NCBI GenBank assembly: GCA_938045545.1
Contig: CALIBN010000008.1
Coordinates: forward strand, 32,001 to 96,000
Origin: an uncultured archaeon
GTDB taxonomy: Archaea > Thermoproteota > EX4484-205 > JAAOZP01
DNA length: 64,000 nucleotides
Direction: 5' to 3'
In this document: positions 39,496-49,963 of the stretch, piece by piece
How positions within the stretch are numbered: the first letter of the stretch is position 1
Layout: every line of letters begins with the position of its first letter
The notes under the pieces: model-generated
What the model was told of the DNA's origin: nothing
Seen by the model: the letters and a program-made list of their open reading frames with translations, nothing else
The model's database searches: none
Position numbers and translations under genes: made by a program

Positions 39496-40788
39496 TTAAG
39501 ACAGGCTGGTCAGGCCCTCTGGAAACTCCAGCCCGAAGTCTGAAATCCTCTTCTTAACCATGCTCATTATCTTCTTACCGCTTAGCCTCCTAATGCTCGT
39601 GGGCTGCAGTATCCCTATGTCTGTTACAATGGCCGTTATGAACCTTGGCGGTGTCACGTCGAAAGCAGGGTTGAAAATCCTAACCTGCTTCCTATCAGGC
39701 TCACGCGTCACAATGCTTTCCGAAGGAGGCCACTCCTCCAGGGCTTTCTCGGAAACCAGCCCCCTGCTCTTCATGTCCTTCGCGATCAGACTATAGGGAT
39801 ACGTTACCTCATCTATGCTCCTCTCTTCAATCTCTATATTCCTCCCCTTTTTAACGTCCAGCGATATCGTAGAGTAAGAGGTAGCATAGTAGAAGGGTGA
39901 CTTGAAATACTTGAAAAGCCGCGCGATGTCAGCCGAGCCAACCTTATTGGCCACTGAGCCATCTCTAGCCACTCTGTCAGCCCCGAGAATAGCCTTGTTC
40001 ACCCCTAGCCTTTCGAACGATATTGAAACCATATTGTCGGTAATTATTGTCGTAGGAACCCCTACCCTGTTCAGCTCCCACACGGTTAGCCTATATCCCT
40101 GGCTCCTTGGCCTCGTCTCCTTAGAGACAACCTTAACGTCAACACCGTTCGAGTATGCTTCCTCTATTATGCCTAGAGCATGCCCCATGAGTGTGGAGGA
40201 GAGGCTTCCACCGTTGCAGTGCGTCATGATCACGTCGCCGTTTCTGACTATCCTTAAGCCGTAACTACGCATATAGTAGTTTAAAGCCATGTCTTGGGCA
40301 AGTATGAAGTCCGAGATTTTTCGCAGGGCATCAATGGTTTTCTCCAGGCTTCCAGTCTCGTCGTAAAACTTCCTACAATAGTTGTAGGCTAGCATCGTGG
40401 CCCAGGCCAACGGGGCTGCGGTGGGCCTCGCGTAAGCTATTTCCCGAGCCATCTTGCTTAACTCTCCGAGCGGGTCTGAGGCATGCTTAGCCTGCGAGGC
40501 GCCTACTAGCAGGGTGTAAGCACCGGCAACACCTATTGCCTGCGACCCTCTTACAACCATGTTTTTTATCGCTTGAACCCCTTCCTTCCAGTCGCCTATT
40601 TCCCGTGTGGCGACCTCAAAGGGAAGCTTATTCTGATCTAGAAGGATGAGCCTGTTTTTCTCATGGTTATACCAGAGGGTTACCGGGAGGCTTGTCTTCC
40701 TGTGTAGCGGGAGGCCAAGCGCAGGATCCTCCTCAAGCCCAAGCTTGTCTGAAACATGTTTCAAATACTCCAATTTCAGGGTTTTCAA
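39496..40788 (-). CDS. mtnA: S-methyl-5-thioribose-1-phosphate isomerase (eIF-2B alpha family)
   Basis: LDQNKLP, MVVRGSQAIG, ARPTA, MTHCNGG, ETRPRSQGYRLTVWEL, GADRVARDGSVANKVG, NPAFDVTP. Confidence 0.9.
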   Translation of the reverse strand: MKTLKLEYLKHVSDKLGLEEDPALGLPLHRKTSLPVTLWYNHEKNRLILLDQNKLPFEVATREIGDWKEGVQAIKNMVVRGSQAIGVAGAYTLLVGASQAKHASDPLGELSKMAREIAYARPTAAPLAWATMLAYNYCRKFYDETGSLEKTIDALRKISDFILAQDMALNYYMRSYGLRIVRNGDVIMTHCNGGSLSSTLMGHALGIIEEAYSNGVDVKVVSKETRPRSQGYRLTVWELNRVGVPTTIITDNMVSISFERLGVNKAILGADRVARDGSVANKVGSADIARLFKYFKSPFYYATSYSTISLDVKKGRNIEIEERSIDEVTYPYSLIAKDMKSRGLVSEKALEEWPPSESIVTREPDRKQVRIFNPAFDVTPPRFITAIVTDIGILQPTSIRRLSGKKIMSMVKKRISDFGLEFPEGLTSLS

Positions 40789-40832
40789 ATGTTCCGGAAG
40801 TTTTTATCTTTATCCCTCACTAAGCATCACGT

Positions 40833-41534
40833 ATGAGGCGCGACGCTGGAAGGCAGGGAGCCGGGGTCTTCAAGTCTGCCGAGATGATAGTTGCCTCAGG
40901 AGTGAGGCCTGGTGTTAAGCTGAGCGACATATACGAGGTTTGCACGGAGGCCTTGAAACACGGTATTAGGGATGTCTGCATACCCAGCGTATACCTGGGG
41001 GAGGCTGCAACCGTCCTTGAGAATACTGGTCTAAAGTTGTCTACAATGATATCTTTCCCAACCGGTTTGGCGCCTGTCGAGCTGAAAATGATGGAGGTCA
41101 GGCTCGCCTCTGAGCATGGTGCTGAAGAAGTCTACTTCTACCCGAATTTGGGGAACTATCTGGACAGTAGGGTCGTAGAGTTCGAATCGGAGCTCTCCAG
41201 AATGGTGGAGGGCTCTCAGCTACTCGGCTTGAAAAACGTTAAACCGGTCGTCGAGATAGACCTGGTTTCAGAGAAGCAGTTGAGAGAGCTCACCAGTATT
41301 TTCGAAACATCTGGTTTCGACACGGTGGTTTTCTCAACAGGCTTCGGCTTGAGGAACGTGAGTCTTAAAGAGCTGAGGATTCTCAGCACTGTCGAACAGG
41401 ATGTTATGGTTGAGGCTCACTGCAGGCTGGGTTCCATACGGGATTTGCGTAACCTGTTTGAAAACGGGGTTCGTAAAGTATGCACGGTGGACTACAGGGT
41501 CGTTTTGGAAGAAGGTTCTGAAAAAACGGCTTGA
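40833..41534 (+). CDS. DeoC/deoxyribose-phosphate aldolase-like TIM barrel lacking catalytic lysines
   Basis: VCIP, ISFPTG, K..E...A...GAEE, KPVVE; FDTVVFSTGFG (canonical ADFVKTSTGF); VEAHCRL (canonical VKASGGI). Confidence 0.75.
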   Translation: MRRDAGRQGAGVFKSAEMIVASGVRPGVKLSDIYEVCTEALKHGIRDVCIPSVYLGEAATVLENTGLKLSTMISFPTGLAPVELKMMEVRLASEHGAEEVYFYPNLGNYLDSRVVEFESELSRMVEGSQLLGLKNVKPVVEIDLVSEKQLRELTSIFETSGFDTVVFSTGFGLRNVSLKELRILSTVEQDVMVEAHCRLGSIRDLRNLFENGVRKVCTVDYRVVLEEGSEKTA

Positions 41535-41587
41535 AGAGTAGTCTGGCGGAAAAACATATATCCGGACCCCTAGTGGTCAACATAGCT

Positions 41588-42760
41588 TTGTCACCGTACA
41601 GGGTTGCTTTAATGCCTGGCGATGGGATTGGGCCCGAGGTGGTGAGGGAGGCTGTTAAAGTGGGAGGAGGCCTACTTGAAGCCATGGGTATTCCGATGTT
41701 TTTCGAGGAGTTTCCCAATGGCGCTAACCATTACCTTAAAACCGGTGAAACACTTTCAGACTATACTTTGAATAGGCTGAAGGGTTTCGACGCGATTTTC
41801 TTCGGGGCCGTCGGGGACCCTAGGGTTAAACCGGGGGTTCTCGAGAAAGGTATTCTCCTAAGGATGCGCTTCTCGCTGGATCTTTACGTTAACCTCCGGC
41901 CAGTCCGGCTTCTTAAAGGTGTTTCAACACCTTTGAAAATACCTGAGAATAGTAGTGTCGACTTCATAGTCATACGTGAAAACACTGAGGATTTCTACGT
42001 AGACATGGGTGGAAGGGTATGTGAAGGATGTTCGAGCGTCTTCGAATACACGGTTGAAACCGGCGGGGCTAGGGGGAGCAGGTACAGGGTTGAGGTTGAA
42101 AGCAAGCACGGCGAGGCTTTTCAAATAGGTGTGATATCGGCTAAGGGCGCTGAAAGAATAGTGAGATATGGTTTCGAATACGCTGTTAGAAAAGGCTTGA
42201 AACTCTTAACCTTCGTCGACAAGGCTAACGTGCTTACTGAAGCATATGGTCTATGGAGGGAGGTTGCTGAGAAAGTAGGCGAAGAGTATGCTGACAGGGT
42301 TAGGATAGAATTCATGTATGTCGACGCTGCGGCGCTCCACATGGTTTTAAACCCTTGGCGTTTCAAGATAATCGTTGCACCGAACATGTTCGGAGACATT
42401 TTAACGGACTTGGGGGCTGCGATCCAGGGCGGCCTCGGTTTCGCGCCGAGTGGAAACATTAATCCCGAGGGCGTTTCAATGTTTGAGCCTGTTCATGGAA
42501 GTGCTCCCGACAAGGCTGGCATGAACATAGCTAACCCTGTTGCGGCAATACTCTCGTTCTCCCTCATGCTTGAACACTTGTGGAGCAGAAGCGGGGATAA
42601 GCGTCTGCTAGAGGCCTCTAGGATAATTGAGAATGCTGTGGAGAATGTTTTGGCAAGCGGCAGGTGCAGGACTCCGGACATGGGTGGAGACTCTAAGACG
42701 AGCGAAATGGGAGACGCGGTTCTAGAGGAATCCAAACGCTTATTGTCAGATGCGGGATGA
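41588..42760 (+). CDS. leuB: 3-isopropylmalate dehydrogenase (isocitrate/isopropylmalate dehydrogenase family)
   Basis: PGDGIGPEV, FGAVGDP, LYVNLRPV, RENTED, VDKANVL, NMFGDILTD, FEPVHGSAP, ANPVAAILS; likely TTG start at 41588. Confidence 0.85.
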   Translation: MSPYRVALMPGDGIGPEVVREAVKVGGGLLEAMGIPMFFEEFPNGANHYLKTGETLSDYTLNRLKGFDAIFFGAVGDPRVKPGVLEKGILLRMRFSLDLYVNLRPVRLLKGVSTPLKIPENSSVDFIVIRENTEDFYVDMGGRVCEGCSSVFEYTVETGGARGSRYRVEVESKHGEAFQIGVISAKGAERIVRYGFEYAVRKGLKLLTFVDKANVLTEAYGLWREVAEKVGEEYADRVRIEFMYVDAAALHMVLNPWRFKIIVAPNMFGDILTDLGAAIQGGLGFAPSGNINPEGVSMFEPVHGSAPDKAGMNIANPVAAILSFSLMLEHLWSRSGDKRLLEASRIIENAVENVLASGRCRTPDMGGDSKTSEMGDAVLEESKRLLSDAG

Positions 42761-43872
42761 AGAGCCTAGTATTCAAGAAGGATGGGCTTCACAGGCTTAG
42801 TGCAAGCTACATTCCTGAAAGAATTCCCAATAGGGAGGCACACCAGCTTGAGATATTCAACACTGTAATAGGCTTCCTAGAAGGCAGGCTCCCACTGAAA
42901 GCCATGGTTGTAAACGGTCCAAGTGGCTCGGGTAAAACCGTCACTGTGAAGAAGGCTTCTGAACAGGTTTTAAAATACTGCAGCCAGAGGAGTATTAAGC
43001 TTGAATACAGGCATTTAAACACTAGGTTTGCTTCCTCAGACTTCACTCTTGCACAGATGATTGCGCTCAGCCTAATGCCCAACATACCTGGCAGGGGATA
43101 CAGTAGCAAGGAGCTCCTGTTCACAGTCTTCGACTATCTTGAAAAATCAGGCAGTAGCTTCCTGCTCGTCCTGGATGATTTCGACAGTTTCCTTAGCGGT
43201 GTTAGAAGCAGGTTTTTCACTGATCTTTTAAAGATTTCAGAGGAGTATGAGGACAGGGTTAAGTTAATCCTGATACTCATCGGGATAGAGGATGTTTCCC
43301 TTAAGGTTAAAGACTCTTGGGCAACCTCCTTCTTCTGGAAGATAGGCAGGAGCTTCAAACCATACAGTGCTGAAGAAATATCGGTCATACTTAAGGATAG
43401 GGTGGAGCTCTCTTTCAACGAAAACAGTGTCGACGATTCCCTCGTATACTTTATAGGTAGGCTGACTGAAAGATTCGGGTACGGTTCAGCAAGGTATGGC
43501 ATTGAGCTCCTACTTGCAAGCGGGCTTAACGCGAGCTACGAGGGGTCTTCCAGAGTGGTTCCCGAACATGTGAGAGAGGCCCAGTTCAGAATTGAAAGCA
43601 TTATTACTCCGGAGGATTTGAAAACGGTTTTCTCTCAGGATCCTGAAATACACAGGCTTGTCGAGAGGCTTCTACGCGTTTTCGAGTCTTGCGAGGAGCC
43701 TTTCATAGGCTTCAAGACACTTGAGGAGTATGGTGTTCGAACGAGGGATAGCAGTGTTGTTGATAAGCTTAAGAGGCTGCACTTAGAGGGGCTGCTGGAC
43801 TATAACCCGTCTCGGAGAGAGGTTGCACTGATAGGGATGCCCCTCCGTCTTCTTCAACAGGCTTTCGACTAG
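42757..43872 (+). CDS. cdc6: Cdc6/Orc1 family AAA+ ATPase (divergent paralog)
   Basis: YIPERIPNRE, GPSGSGKT, P.RGYS, LVLDDFD, FKPYSAEEISVILKDR, GSARYGIELL. Confidence 0.85.
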   Translation: MKSLVFKKDGLHRLSASYIPERIPNREAHQLEIFNTVIGFLEGRLPLKAMVVNGPSGSGKTVTVKKASEQVLKYCSQRSIKLEYRHLNTRFASSDFTLAQMIALSLMPNIPGRGYSSKELLFTVFDYLEKSGSSFLLVLDDFDSFLSGVRSRFFTDLLKISEEYEDRVKLILILIGIEDVSLKVKDSWATSFFWKIGRSFKPYSAEEISVILKDRVELSFNENSVDDSLVYFIGRLTERFGYGSARYGIELLLASGLNASYEGSSRVVPEHVREAQFRIESIITPEDLKTVFSQDPEIHRLVERLLRVFESCEEPFIGFKTLEEYGVRTRDSSVVDKLKRLHLEGLLDYNPSRREVALIGMPLRLLQQAFD

Positions 43873-44509
43873 TCTTCTTCCTGCGGGAAACCAGTATTAG
43901 TAACACTACTGCTATAAACGTCGCGAGGAGCAGGTAGTTCAGCAGAGTAACATTCCCCTCGCTGATGCTTGTTCCAACCTTCTCACCCATATAGCTGTAG
44001 AAGAGGGCTCTTGGAACCGTCCCTAAGAAGGTTGCGACGGTGAACGATGCTAAGGCTATTCCAGTCGCCCCAGCGAAGTAGGATACGGCGTCGAAGGAAA
44101 TCCAGGGTATGAATCTGGCCGCGAAAATTATTTTATACCCGTGCTTTACGAAAAGATTCTCCACTTTCTCCAGCTGTTCCCCGTTCACCAGCCTTTCAAC
44201 CAGAGGTCTTCCAAACTTTAAGCCTATCGCATAGTTTATCAGGGCGCCGCTCATCAGGCCGAGTGTCCCCGCTGCTGAGGAGGCTTCGAAGCCGAAAGCA
44301 GAGCCACCCATAATCAGCACTGCTTCAGCGGGTATAACTGCTATAATCGATTGGATAACCATGAGCAGGTAGAAGCCGAGCAATCCTCCTTTCAGCATTG
44401 CCTCCTGAAGCTGGTTGAAATACTCGGAGAAAACCCTGGGGGCAACGTTAACCATGATGATCGCTATAACCAGGATTATTGAAAGCAGCAGCTTAACGTC
44501 CAGCTTCAA
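43769..44509 (-). CDS. TVP38/TMEM64 (DedA/VTT) family membrane protein
   Basis: IPAEAVLIMGG, GALINY.IG...GRP, ARFIPWISFDAVSYFAG. Confidence 0.9.
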   Translation of the reverse strand: MKLDVKLLLSIILVIAIIMVNVAPRVFSEYFNQLQEAMLKGGLLGFYLLMVIQSIIAVIPAEAVLIMGGSAFGFEASSAAGTLGLMSGALINYAIGLKFGRPLVERLVNGEQLEKVENLFVKHGYKIIFAARFIPWISFDAVSYFAGATGIALASFTVATFLGTVPRALFYSYMGEKVGTSISEGNVTLLNYLLLATFIAVVLLILVSRRKKTSRKPVEEDGGASLSVQPLSETGYSPAAPLSAAS

Positions 44510-44627
44510 CTCCAGGCCTCCCTAGCCTTCTGCACAGAGCCCTTATTAATGCTTAGCCGGCGAGGAAACCTTTAAAAAACTTTCTTAAGGAAGACGCTTA
44601 TTCCCAAGAGGCAGAGGAGGATAACGG

Positions 44628-45758
44628 TTGAAGCCTGAAGCGTGTTCAAACAGCATTTCGATGCTTGACGATGTTGAAGCAATCAGGATGGTCGACAAGG
44701 GAAACATGGGGATGATGATATCCTCGTTCCCAAGGCTGTTGAAAGAGGCGGTGACACTATCCCGGGGCCTGGCTCTCCCCGGGGACTACAGGAACGTCAA
44801 GGAGATTGTTGTGTGCGGAATGGGCGGTTCAGCCATAGGCGGGGATCTTTTCAAAGACCTTTCTCAAAATAACATCCCTTTAAGCGTCTCCATAATCAGG
44901 GACTACGACCTGCCTCGGCACGTGGATGAGAACAGCCTGGTGGTAGCGGTAAGCTACTCCGGAAACACTGAGGAAACCCTGGAGGCTTTCAAGCAGGCTT
45001 ACGAGAAGGGTTCACGCATTGTTGCAATCGCCTCCAACGGTCTGCTGGAGAAGTCTTGCTTCAAGCTTAGAATACCGTTCCTAAGGGTTCCATCGGGGTA
45101 CACGCCTAGGTCAGCTCTCCCCCTGCTCTTCATACCTTTGTTGAAGGTGGCTGAGGAAATAGGTTTTCCACTTGTGGGCGAGGGTGAGCTGGCTGAAGCC
45201 CAAAGGCTGGTTGAAGAGTATAATAATAAGCTTACCCCGGAGAACCCTTTAAGCCGGAACCCTGCTAAACAGCTGGCTGCCAGGCTACATGGGAAACTCC
45301 CCATCATATACTCCATGGGCCACTTGAAGTCTGTAGCCCTGCGGTTTAAGGATCAGATTAATGAGAACGCTAAGATGAGGGCTATGTGCGACCAGCTTCC
45401 GGAGGCAAACCACAACGAGGTTGAAGCATGGGAGAAGATTGATTTCAAGGAGCTTCTCCATGTTGTCTTCATCGACAGCCGTTTCAAAAACCCTTATCTT
45501 GCTGAAAGCTTCAACCAGCTTGTTTCAACGATTGAACGAGAGGGTGTTGGGTTAAGCATGGTTAAACCGCTGGGCGAAACGATGCTTGAGGAAATGCTTT
45601 CAGCAATAATCATGGGGGACTGGGTGAGCTACTATCTTGCAATACTCCGGGGGATTGACCCTGCCCCCGTCAGGCTGATAACCGAGCTGAAGAGGAAGCA
45701 CGATGAGAAAATGAGGTATTCTGAAAAGTTTGAAGAATGGCTGTTCAAGTCTGGCTGA
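44628..45758 (+). CDS. Bifunctional phosphoglucose/phosphomannose isomerase
   Basis: GMGGSAIGG, SYSGNTEET, PRSALP, QINENAK, PEANHNE, DPAPVRLITELK. Confidence 0.95.
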   Translation: MKPEACSNSISMLDDVEAIRMVDKGNMGMMISSFPRLLKEAVTLSRGLALPGDYRNVKEIVVCGMGGSAIGGDLFKDLSQNNIPLSVSIIRDYDLPRHVDENSLVVAVSYSGNTEETLEAFKQAYEKGSRIVAIASNGLLEKSCFKLRIPFLRVPSGYTPRSALPLLFIPLLKVAEEIGFPLVGEGELAEAQRLVEEYNNKLTPENPLSRNPAKQLAARLHGKLPIIYSMGHLKSVALRFKDQINENAKMRAMCDQLPEANHNEVEAWEKIDFKELLHVVFIDSRFKNPYLAESFNQLVSTIEREGVGLSMVKPLGETMLEEMLSAIIMGDWVSYYLAILRGIDPAPVRLITELKRKHDEKMRYSEKFEEWLFKSG

Positions 45759-45768
45759 GGGATGAGGC

Positions 45769-46524
45769 CTAGAGATACTTTTTAATACCGTTCTTCTCCA
45801 AGCTTCTCTCGCTTGCAAGTATCTTCGTCAAATCGAGCATACTGATCCTCCTAAACTCAATCCTGTTTCTCCTAAGCATTCTCTCAGCCTTCTCCGTCAC
45901 GCCTGGGGCTAAGAGCACGATCCTGACGCCTGGGCCAATGCCTCCAGCATATCTTGTCAACTGTCTAACAGCCTCCAACCCCGCCCTGTCCTTCTTTATT
46001 TCCACTATTGTTCTACGGTTGTTCGCGTCAACCCCAACGATGTCAACAACCCCGGTTTTCTCCCTTGCTTCCGCAGATGTTACTCTAAACCCTTCCTCCA
46101 CAAGCTCAGGGTGCGTGCGGAGAATTTCAGAAATCTCCTTCTCGCTCAAGTACATTTGGAATCCCCCCTTATCCTCGAGCCTTCCTGAGAAAATACTTCT
46201 CACTTTGTGTATTTTCACTACGACTTTCTCTGGCTTCCTCACCCTTTTAACGGTGAGGACAATATGATCCCCTTTGACGGTAACCCCAACGTAATTCGGG
46301 GGAGGCTGCCAGTTAACGGGCTCAAGCCCGCGAGGCCTGTGGATCAGGAAGGAAGTGTCCTCCTTGATAATTAGGAGTCTCTCACCATTCTCCAGGGATG
46401 ATCTTGCTCTTCCAACGTAGTCCGCCTCACACAGGCAGACTAGCGCGATGAACTCCTTAGTGCTAACCGCCTTCTTAAGCTGTTCCGCCACCTCCTCCAA
46501 GTCGAGTTTAACCATCAGCCTCAT
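45769..46524 (-). CDS. nucS: Mismatch-specific endonuclease NucS/EndoMS
   Basis: YVGRARS, LLIIKED..LIH..PVNWQPP, VDIVGVD, VEIK, QLTRY. Confidence 0.93.
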   Translation of the reverse strand: MRLMVKLDLEEVAEQLKKAVSTKEFIALVCLCEADYVGRARSSLENGERLLIIKEDTSFLIHRPRGLEPVNWQPPPNYVGVTVKGDHIVLTVKRVRKPEKVVVKIHKVRSIFSGRLEDKGGFQMYLSEKEISEILRTHPELVEEGFRVTSAEAREKTGVVDIVGVDANNRRTIVEIKKDRAGLEAVRQLTRYAGGIGPGVRIVLLAPGVTEKAERMLRRNRIEFRRISMLDLTKILASERSLEKNGIKKYL

Positions 46525-46722
46525 AAGCGGCTGACAGCATTTATTTCTTTTTTCAACATTCTGTCGCTGTTCGAATCAAGGTTTTAAACTGTTTCGCAAA
46601 GTTTATGTACGAATGCTTTTTAACCGTTTCGTTTCACGAGAATTGACGGTGAAACTTAATAAACCCCCTCTTGGAAAATCTTTTTGGTTGAAAACTGTGG
46701 ATAGGAGGGGAGATGCTGAGCG

Positions 46723-48990
46723 TTGAACGATAAGAAGGAGGGTTTTCCAAACGACTCTGGAAGAAGGAAGGATCAGCCTGACTATGTTTATCTGCGTGTC
46801 GCCGAGGCTCAGCCCACCGACGTGGGGCGGGGCTACGCCAGGATAGATCCGGAGGTTGCGAAGCTTCTGAACCTTTCACCTGGGGACGCTATTGAGATAG
46901 TTGGCAGAAGGAAGACTTATGCTCTCGTGTGGCCCGCGTCGGCCAAGGATAGGGGTCTCGGCCTGATCAGGATAGATGGTTACACAAGGGAGAATGTTGG
47001 CGTCAGCCTCGACGATAAGGTTAGGATCAGAAAGGTAACGGCTAGGTACGCTACTACCGTTGTTCTGGCGCATACCGAGCAGCCCAGGATGGTTAACGGC
47101 GAGGAGTTTGTGAAAAGCATAATGATAGGCAGGATAATAAACAGGGGAGACATTATTCCCGTGAGGATAATGGGTAAGATTGTTCAACTGGTCGTCGTAT
47201 CCTATCAGCCTGCTGCTGAAGCAGTAATCGTTACTGAGGACACTGTGGTTAAGATTAGTGAGAAAATATACCAGATTAAGAAGCTTCTCCCGAGGGTGAC
47301 CTACGAGGACATAGGCGGCTTGGAGGAGGCTATTCAGAAGATCCGGGAGATGGTTGAGCTCCCCCTTAGGCACCCTGAGCTTTTCGACAGGCTGGGAATA
47401 GAGGCTCCCAAGGGTATTCTTCTCTACGGGCCGCCTGGCACAGGCAAGACCCTGCTCGCGAAAGCCGTGGCGAACGAGACTAACGCGCACTTCATAAGTA
47501 TAAGCGGGCCTGAGATAATGAGCAAGTATTACGGTGAGAGCGAGCAGAGGCTGAGAGAAATATTTAAGGAGGCTGAGGAGAACTCTCCGAGCATAGTTTT
47601 CATAGATGAGCTCGACTCGATAGCTCCTAAGAGGGAGGATGTTACCGGGGAGGTTGAGAAAAGAGTTGTAGCCCAGCTTCTCTCACTTATGGACGGTCTG
47701 CAGACACGTGGAAAAGTCGTTGTGATAGGCTGCACGAACAGGGTTAACGCGATAGATCCTGCTTTGCGCAGGCCCGGGAGGTTCGACAGGGAGATAGAGA
47801 TAGGAGTGCCCGATAAGAAGGCGAGGCTGGAGATACTTCAGATCCACGTAAGAGGTATGCCGCTCTCTGAAGACGTCGATCTAAAAAGGCTGGCTGAGCT
47901 AACCCCGGGCTTCGTCGGCGCTGATCTCGCAGCACTAGCCAAGGAGGCTGCCTTAAGATGTTTGAGGGAAATCCTTCCAGAGATAGACCTTGAAACCGAA
48001 GTCATACCGATAGAGGTTCTGAGCAAGCTAGTGGTTAGGATGAAGCATTTCATGGATGCTTTGAAGGAGATAGAGCCATCAGCGTTGAGAGAGATAATGG
48101 TTGAGAGTCCCAACGTGCATTGGGATGATATTGGTGGTCTGGAGGATGTTAAGAGGGAGCTAATAACCTCGATAGAGTGGCCGCTAAGATTCCCGGAGCT
48201 TTTCAAAAAGCTTAGCATAAGGCAGCCTAAGGGTATTCTTCTCTACGGGCCGCCTGGCACAGGCAAGACCCTGCTCGCGAAAGCCTTGGCGACTGAGAGC
48301 GAGGCCAACTTCATAAGCATCAAGGGTCCGGAGCTGCTTTCAAAATGGGTCGGCGAGTCTGAAAGGGGGATTAGAGAAGTCTTTAGGAAGGCTAGGCAGG
48401 TTGCCCCCTGCATAATCTTCTTCGACGAGATTGATTCAATCGCTCCCCTCAGAGGCAGGGATGTGAGCAGCGACGTTACTGAGAGGGTTGTCAGCCAGCT
48501 TCTAACCGAGATGGATGGACTGCAGGATCTAAGAGGAGTCATAGTCATAGGTGCGACGAACAGGCCCGACATAATTGATCCCGCCTTGCTCAGGGCTGGA
48601 CGGTTCGACAAGCTTATAGGCTTAAGCTGGCCCGATAAGGAGACGCGTAAGAAAATATTCCAGATACACTTAAGGGGGAAGCCTATTGCTCCAGACGTGA
48701 ACATTGACGAGCTGGCTTCGATGACTGAAGGTTTCTCTGGGGCTGACATAGCTCAGTCTTGCAACGACGCTGGCCTCATAGCGATAAAAGAGCTGCTGCA
48801 GATGACGAGCGACGAGGAGAAGGTTATGAGGATGACTGAGAAGCTCGTCATTCAGAAGAGGCACCTTATGGAGGCAATAACAAAGATAAACATCCCGTCT
48901 CCAGATGAACGCAGGGCCTACGAGCTGATGATGTCGAAGTTCGCTGGAACAGCGAAATCGACGATAATGGCTTCGCCGACGCTTGTTTAA
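46723..48990 (+). CDS. cdc48: CDC48/VCP family AAA+ ATPase
   Basis: N-domain ([10 protein letters not shown]) plus two AAA modules with [33 protein letters not shown]. Confidence 0.98.
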   Translation: MNDKKEGFPNDSGRRKDQPDYVYLRVAEAQPTDVGRGYARIDPEVAKLLNLSPGDAIEIVGRRKTYALVWPASAKDRGLGLIRIDGYTRENVGVSLDDKVRIRKVTARYATTVVLAHTEQPRMVNGEEFVKSIMIGRIINRGDIIPVRIMGKIVQLVVVSYQPAAEAVIVTEDTVVKISEKIYQIKKLLPRVTYEDIGGLEEAIQKIREMVELPLRHPELFDRLGIEAPKGILLYGPPGTGKTLLAKAVANETNAHFISISGPEIMSKYYGESEQRLREIFKEAEENSPSIVFIDELDSIAPKREDVTGEVEKRVVAQLLSLMDGLQTRGKVVVIGCTNRVNAIDPALRRPGRFDREIEIGVPDKKARLEILQIHVRGMPLSEDVDLKRLAELTPGFVGADLAALAKEAALRCLREILPEIDLETEVIPIEVLSKLVVRMKHFMDALKEIEPSALREIMVESPNVHWDDIGGLEDVKRELITSIEWPLRFPELFKKLSIRQPKGILLYGPPGTGKTLLAKALATESEANFISIKGPELLSKWVGESERGIREVFRKARQVAPCIIFFDEIDSIAPLRGRDVSSDVTERVVSQLLTEMDGLQDLRGVIVIGATNRPDIIDPALLRAGRFDKLIGLSWPDKETRKKIFQIHLRGKPIAPDVNIDELASMTEGFSGADIAQSCNDAGLIAIKELLQMTSDEEKVMRMTEKLVIQKRHLMEAITKINIPSPDERRAYELMMSKFAGTAKSTIMASPTLV
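47410..48285 (+). repeat. Exact 57-bp direct repeat (47410-47466 and 48229-48285) encoding both Walker A regions of CDC48
   Basis: aagggtattcttctctacgggccgcctggcacaggcaagaccctgctcgcgaaagcc occurs twice, identical at all synonymous positions. Confidence 0.9.
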
Positions 48991-49049
48991 ACAGGTTTAG
49001 AGGAGAAAACATTTATTTATTTCAGGCGTAGAGACTAGTCGAGCAAGCC

Positions 49050-49904
49050 ATGTGTGCGAGCGTAAGGTACAGGCCTCCTGAAACAGCTGAAATCGGTATT
49101 TTCGGGGGAACAGGCAACTACGATCCTTCTTATCTCCAGGACGCTAAACAGTTTAAAGTATACACGCCCTACGGGCCGCCCTCAGACCTCGTAACAGTAG
49201 GGTGGGTTAAGGACAGGAAGGTTGCCTTCCTGCCTAGGCACGGCAGGCACCACACAATACCGCCCTACAGGGTTAACTATAGGGCGAACGTCTGGGCTTT
49301 CAAAACAATGGGCGTAACAAGGATAATAAGCCCAGCGGCCGTCGGAAGCCTTCAGCCGGAGTTCATAAAACCCTACGAGTTCGTAGTAGTAGACCAGTTT
49401 TTCGACAGGACGACGAACAGGAGGAGCCTCTCCTTCTACGAGGGCGGGGTCGTTGGACACGTGCCCTTCAGCGACCCGGTCTGCCCGGAGCTGAGGAGGA
49501 TATTCCTGGACTCAGGTAGGAGGGTGCTTCCCGACGTGAAGATTCATCCGACGCCGGAGGAGGAGGCTGAGGGAAAATCGTTCACCTACGTAACTATTGA
49601 GGGCCCAAGGTTCTCGACAAGGGCTGAATCCCTCTTCTACAAGAGCCTAGGGTTCTCGGTCGTAGGTATGACAGCCGTTTCTGAAGCATACTTGGCTAGG
49701 GAGGCTGAGATATGTTTTCTAAGCATAGCGCTCATCACTGACACGGATGTATACGGCTTAATGCCGGTTACGGCTGAAAGAGTCGCTAAAAGCATGAGGG
49801 AGAATGTTGCGAACGTCAATAAGCTTATCTATGAGACGATCCCCATCATACCTAGGGAAAGGAAGTGTGGTTGCGGTACTGTGCTGGATGTTTCACTCTA
49901 TTAA
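49050..49904 (+). CDS. mtnP: S-methyl-5'-thioadenosine phosphorylase
   Basis: IGIFGGTG, TPYGPPS, FLPRHG, NYRANVWA, AVGSL, DQFFDRT, IEGPRFSTRAES, GMT. Confidence 0.93.
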   Translation: MCASVRYRPPETAEIGIFGGTGNYDPSYLQDAKQFKVYTPYGPPSDLVTVGWVKDRKVAFLPRHGRHHTIPPYRVNYRANVWAFKTMGVTRIISPAAVGSLQPEFIKPYEFVVVDQFFDRTTNRRSLSFYEGGVVGHVPFSDPVCPELRRIFLDSGRRVLPDVKIHPTPEEEAEGKSFTYVTIEGPRFSTRAESLFYKSLGFSVVGMTAVSEAYLAREAEICFLSIALITDTDVYGLMPVTAERVAKSMRENVANVNKLIYETIPIIPRERKCGCGTVLDVSLY

Positions 49905-49963
49905 GGAGGATGAGGATCCCATAGCTTTGAGGAGGGCTCAGCAGACGGGGGAAACGGATACGC

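Noticed and set aside
42600-44000. Replication origin next to cdc6
   Set aside because: No intergenic space and no ORB-like repeats on either side.
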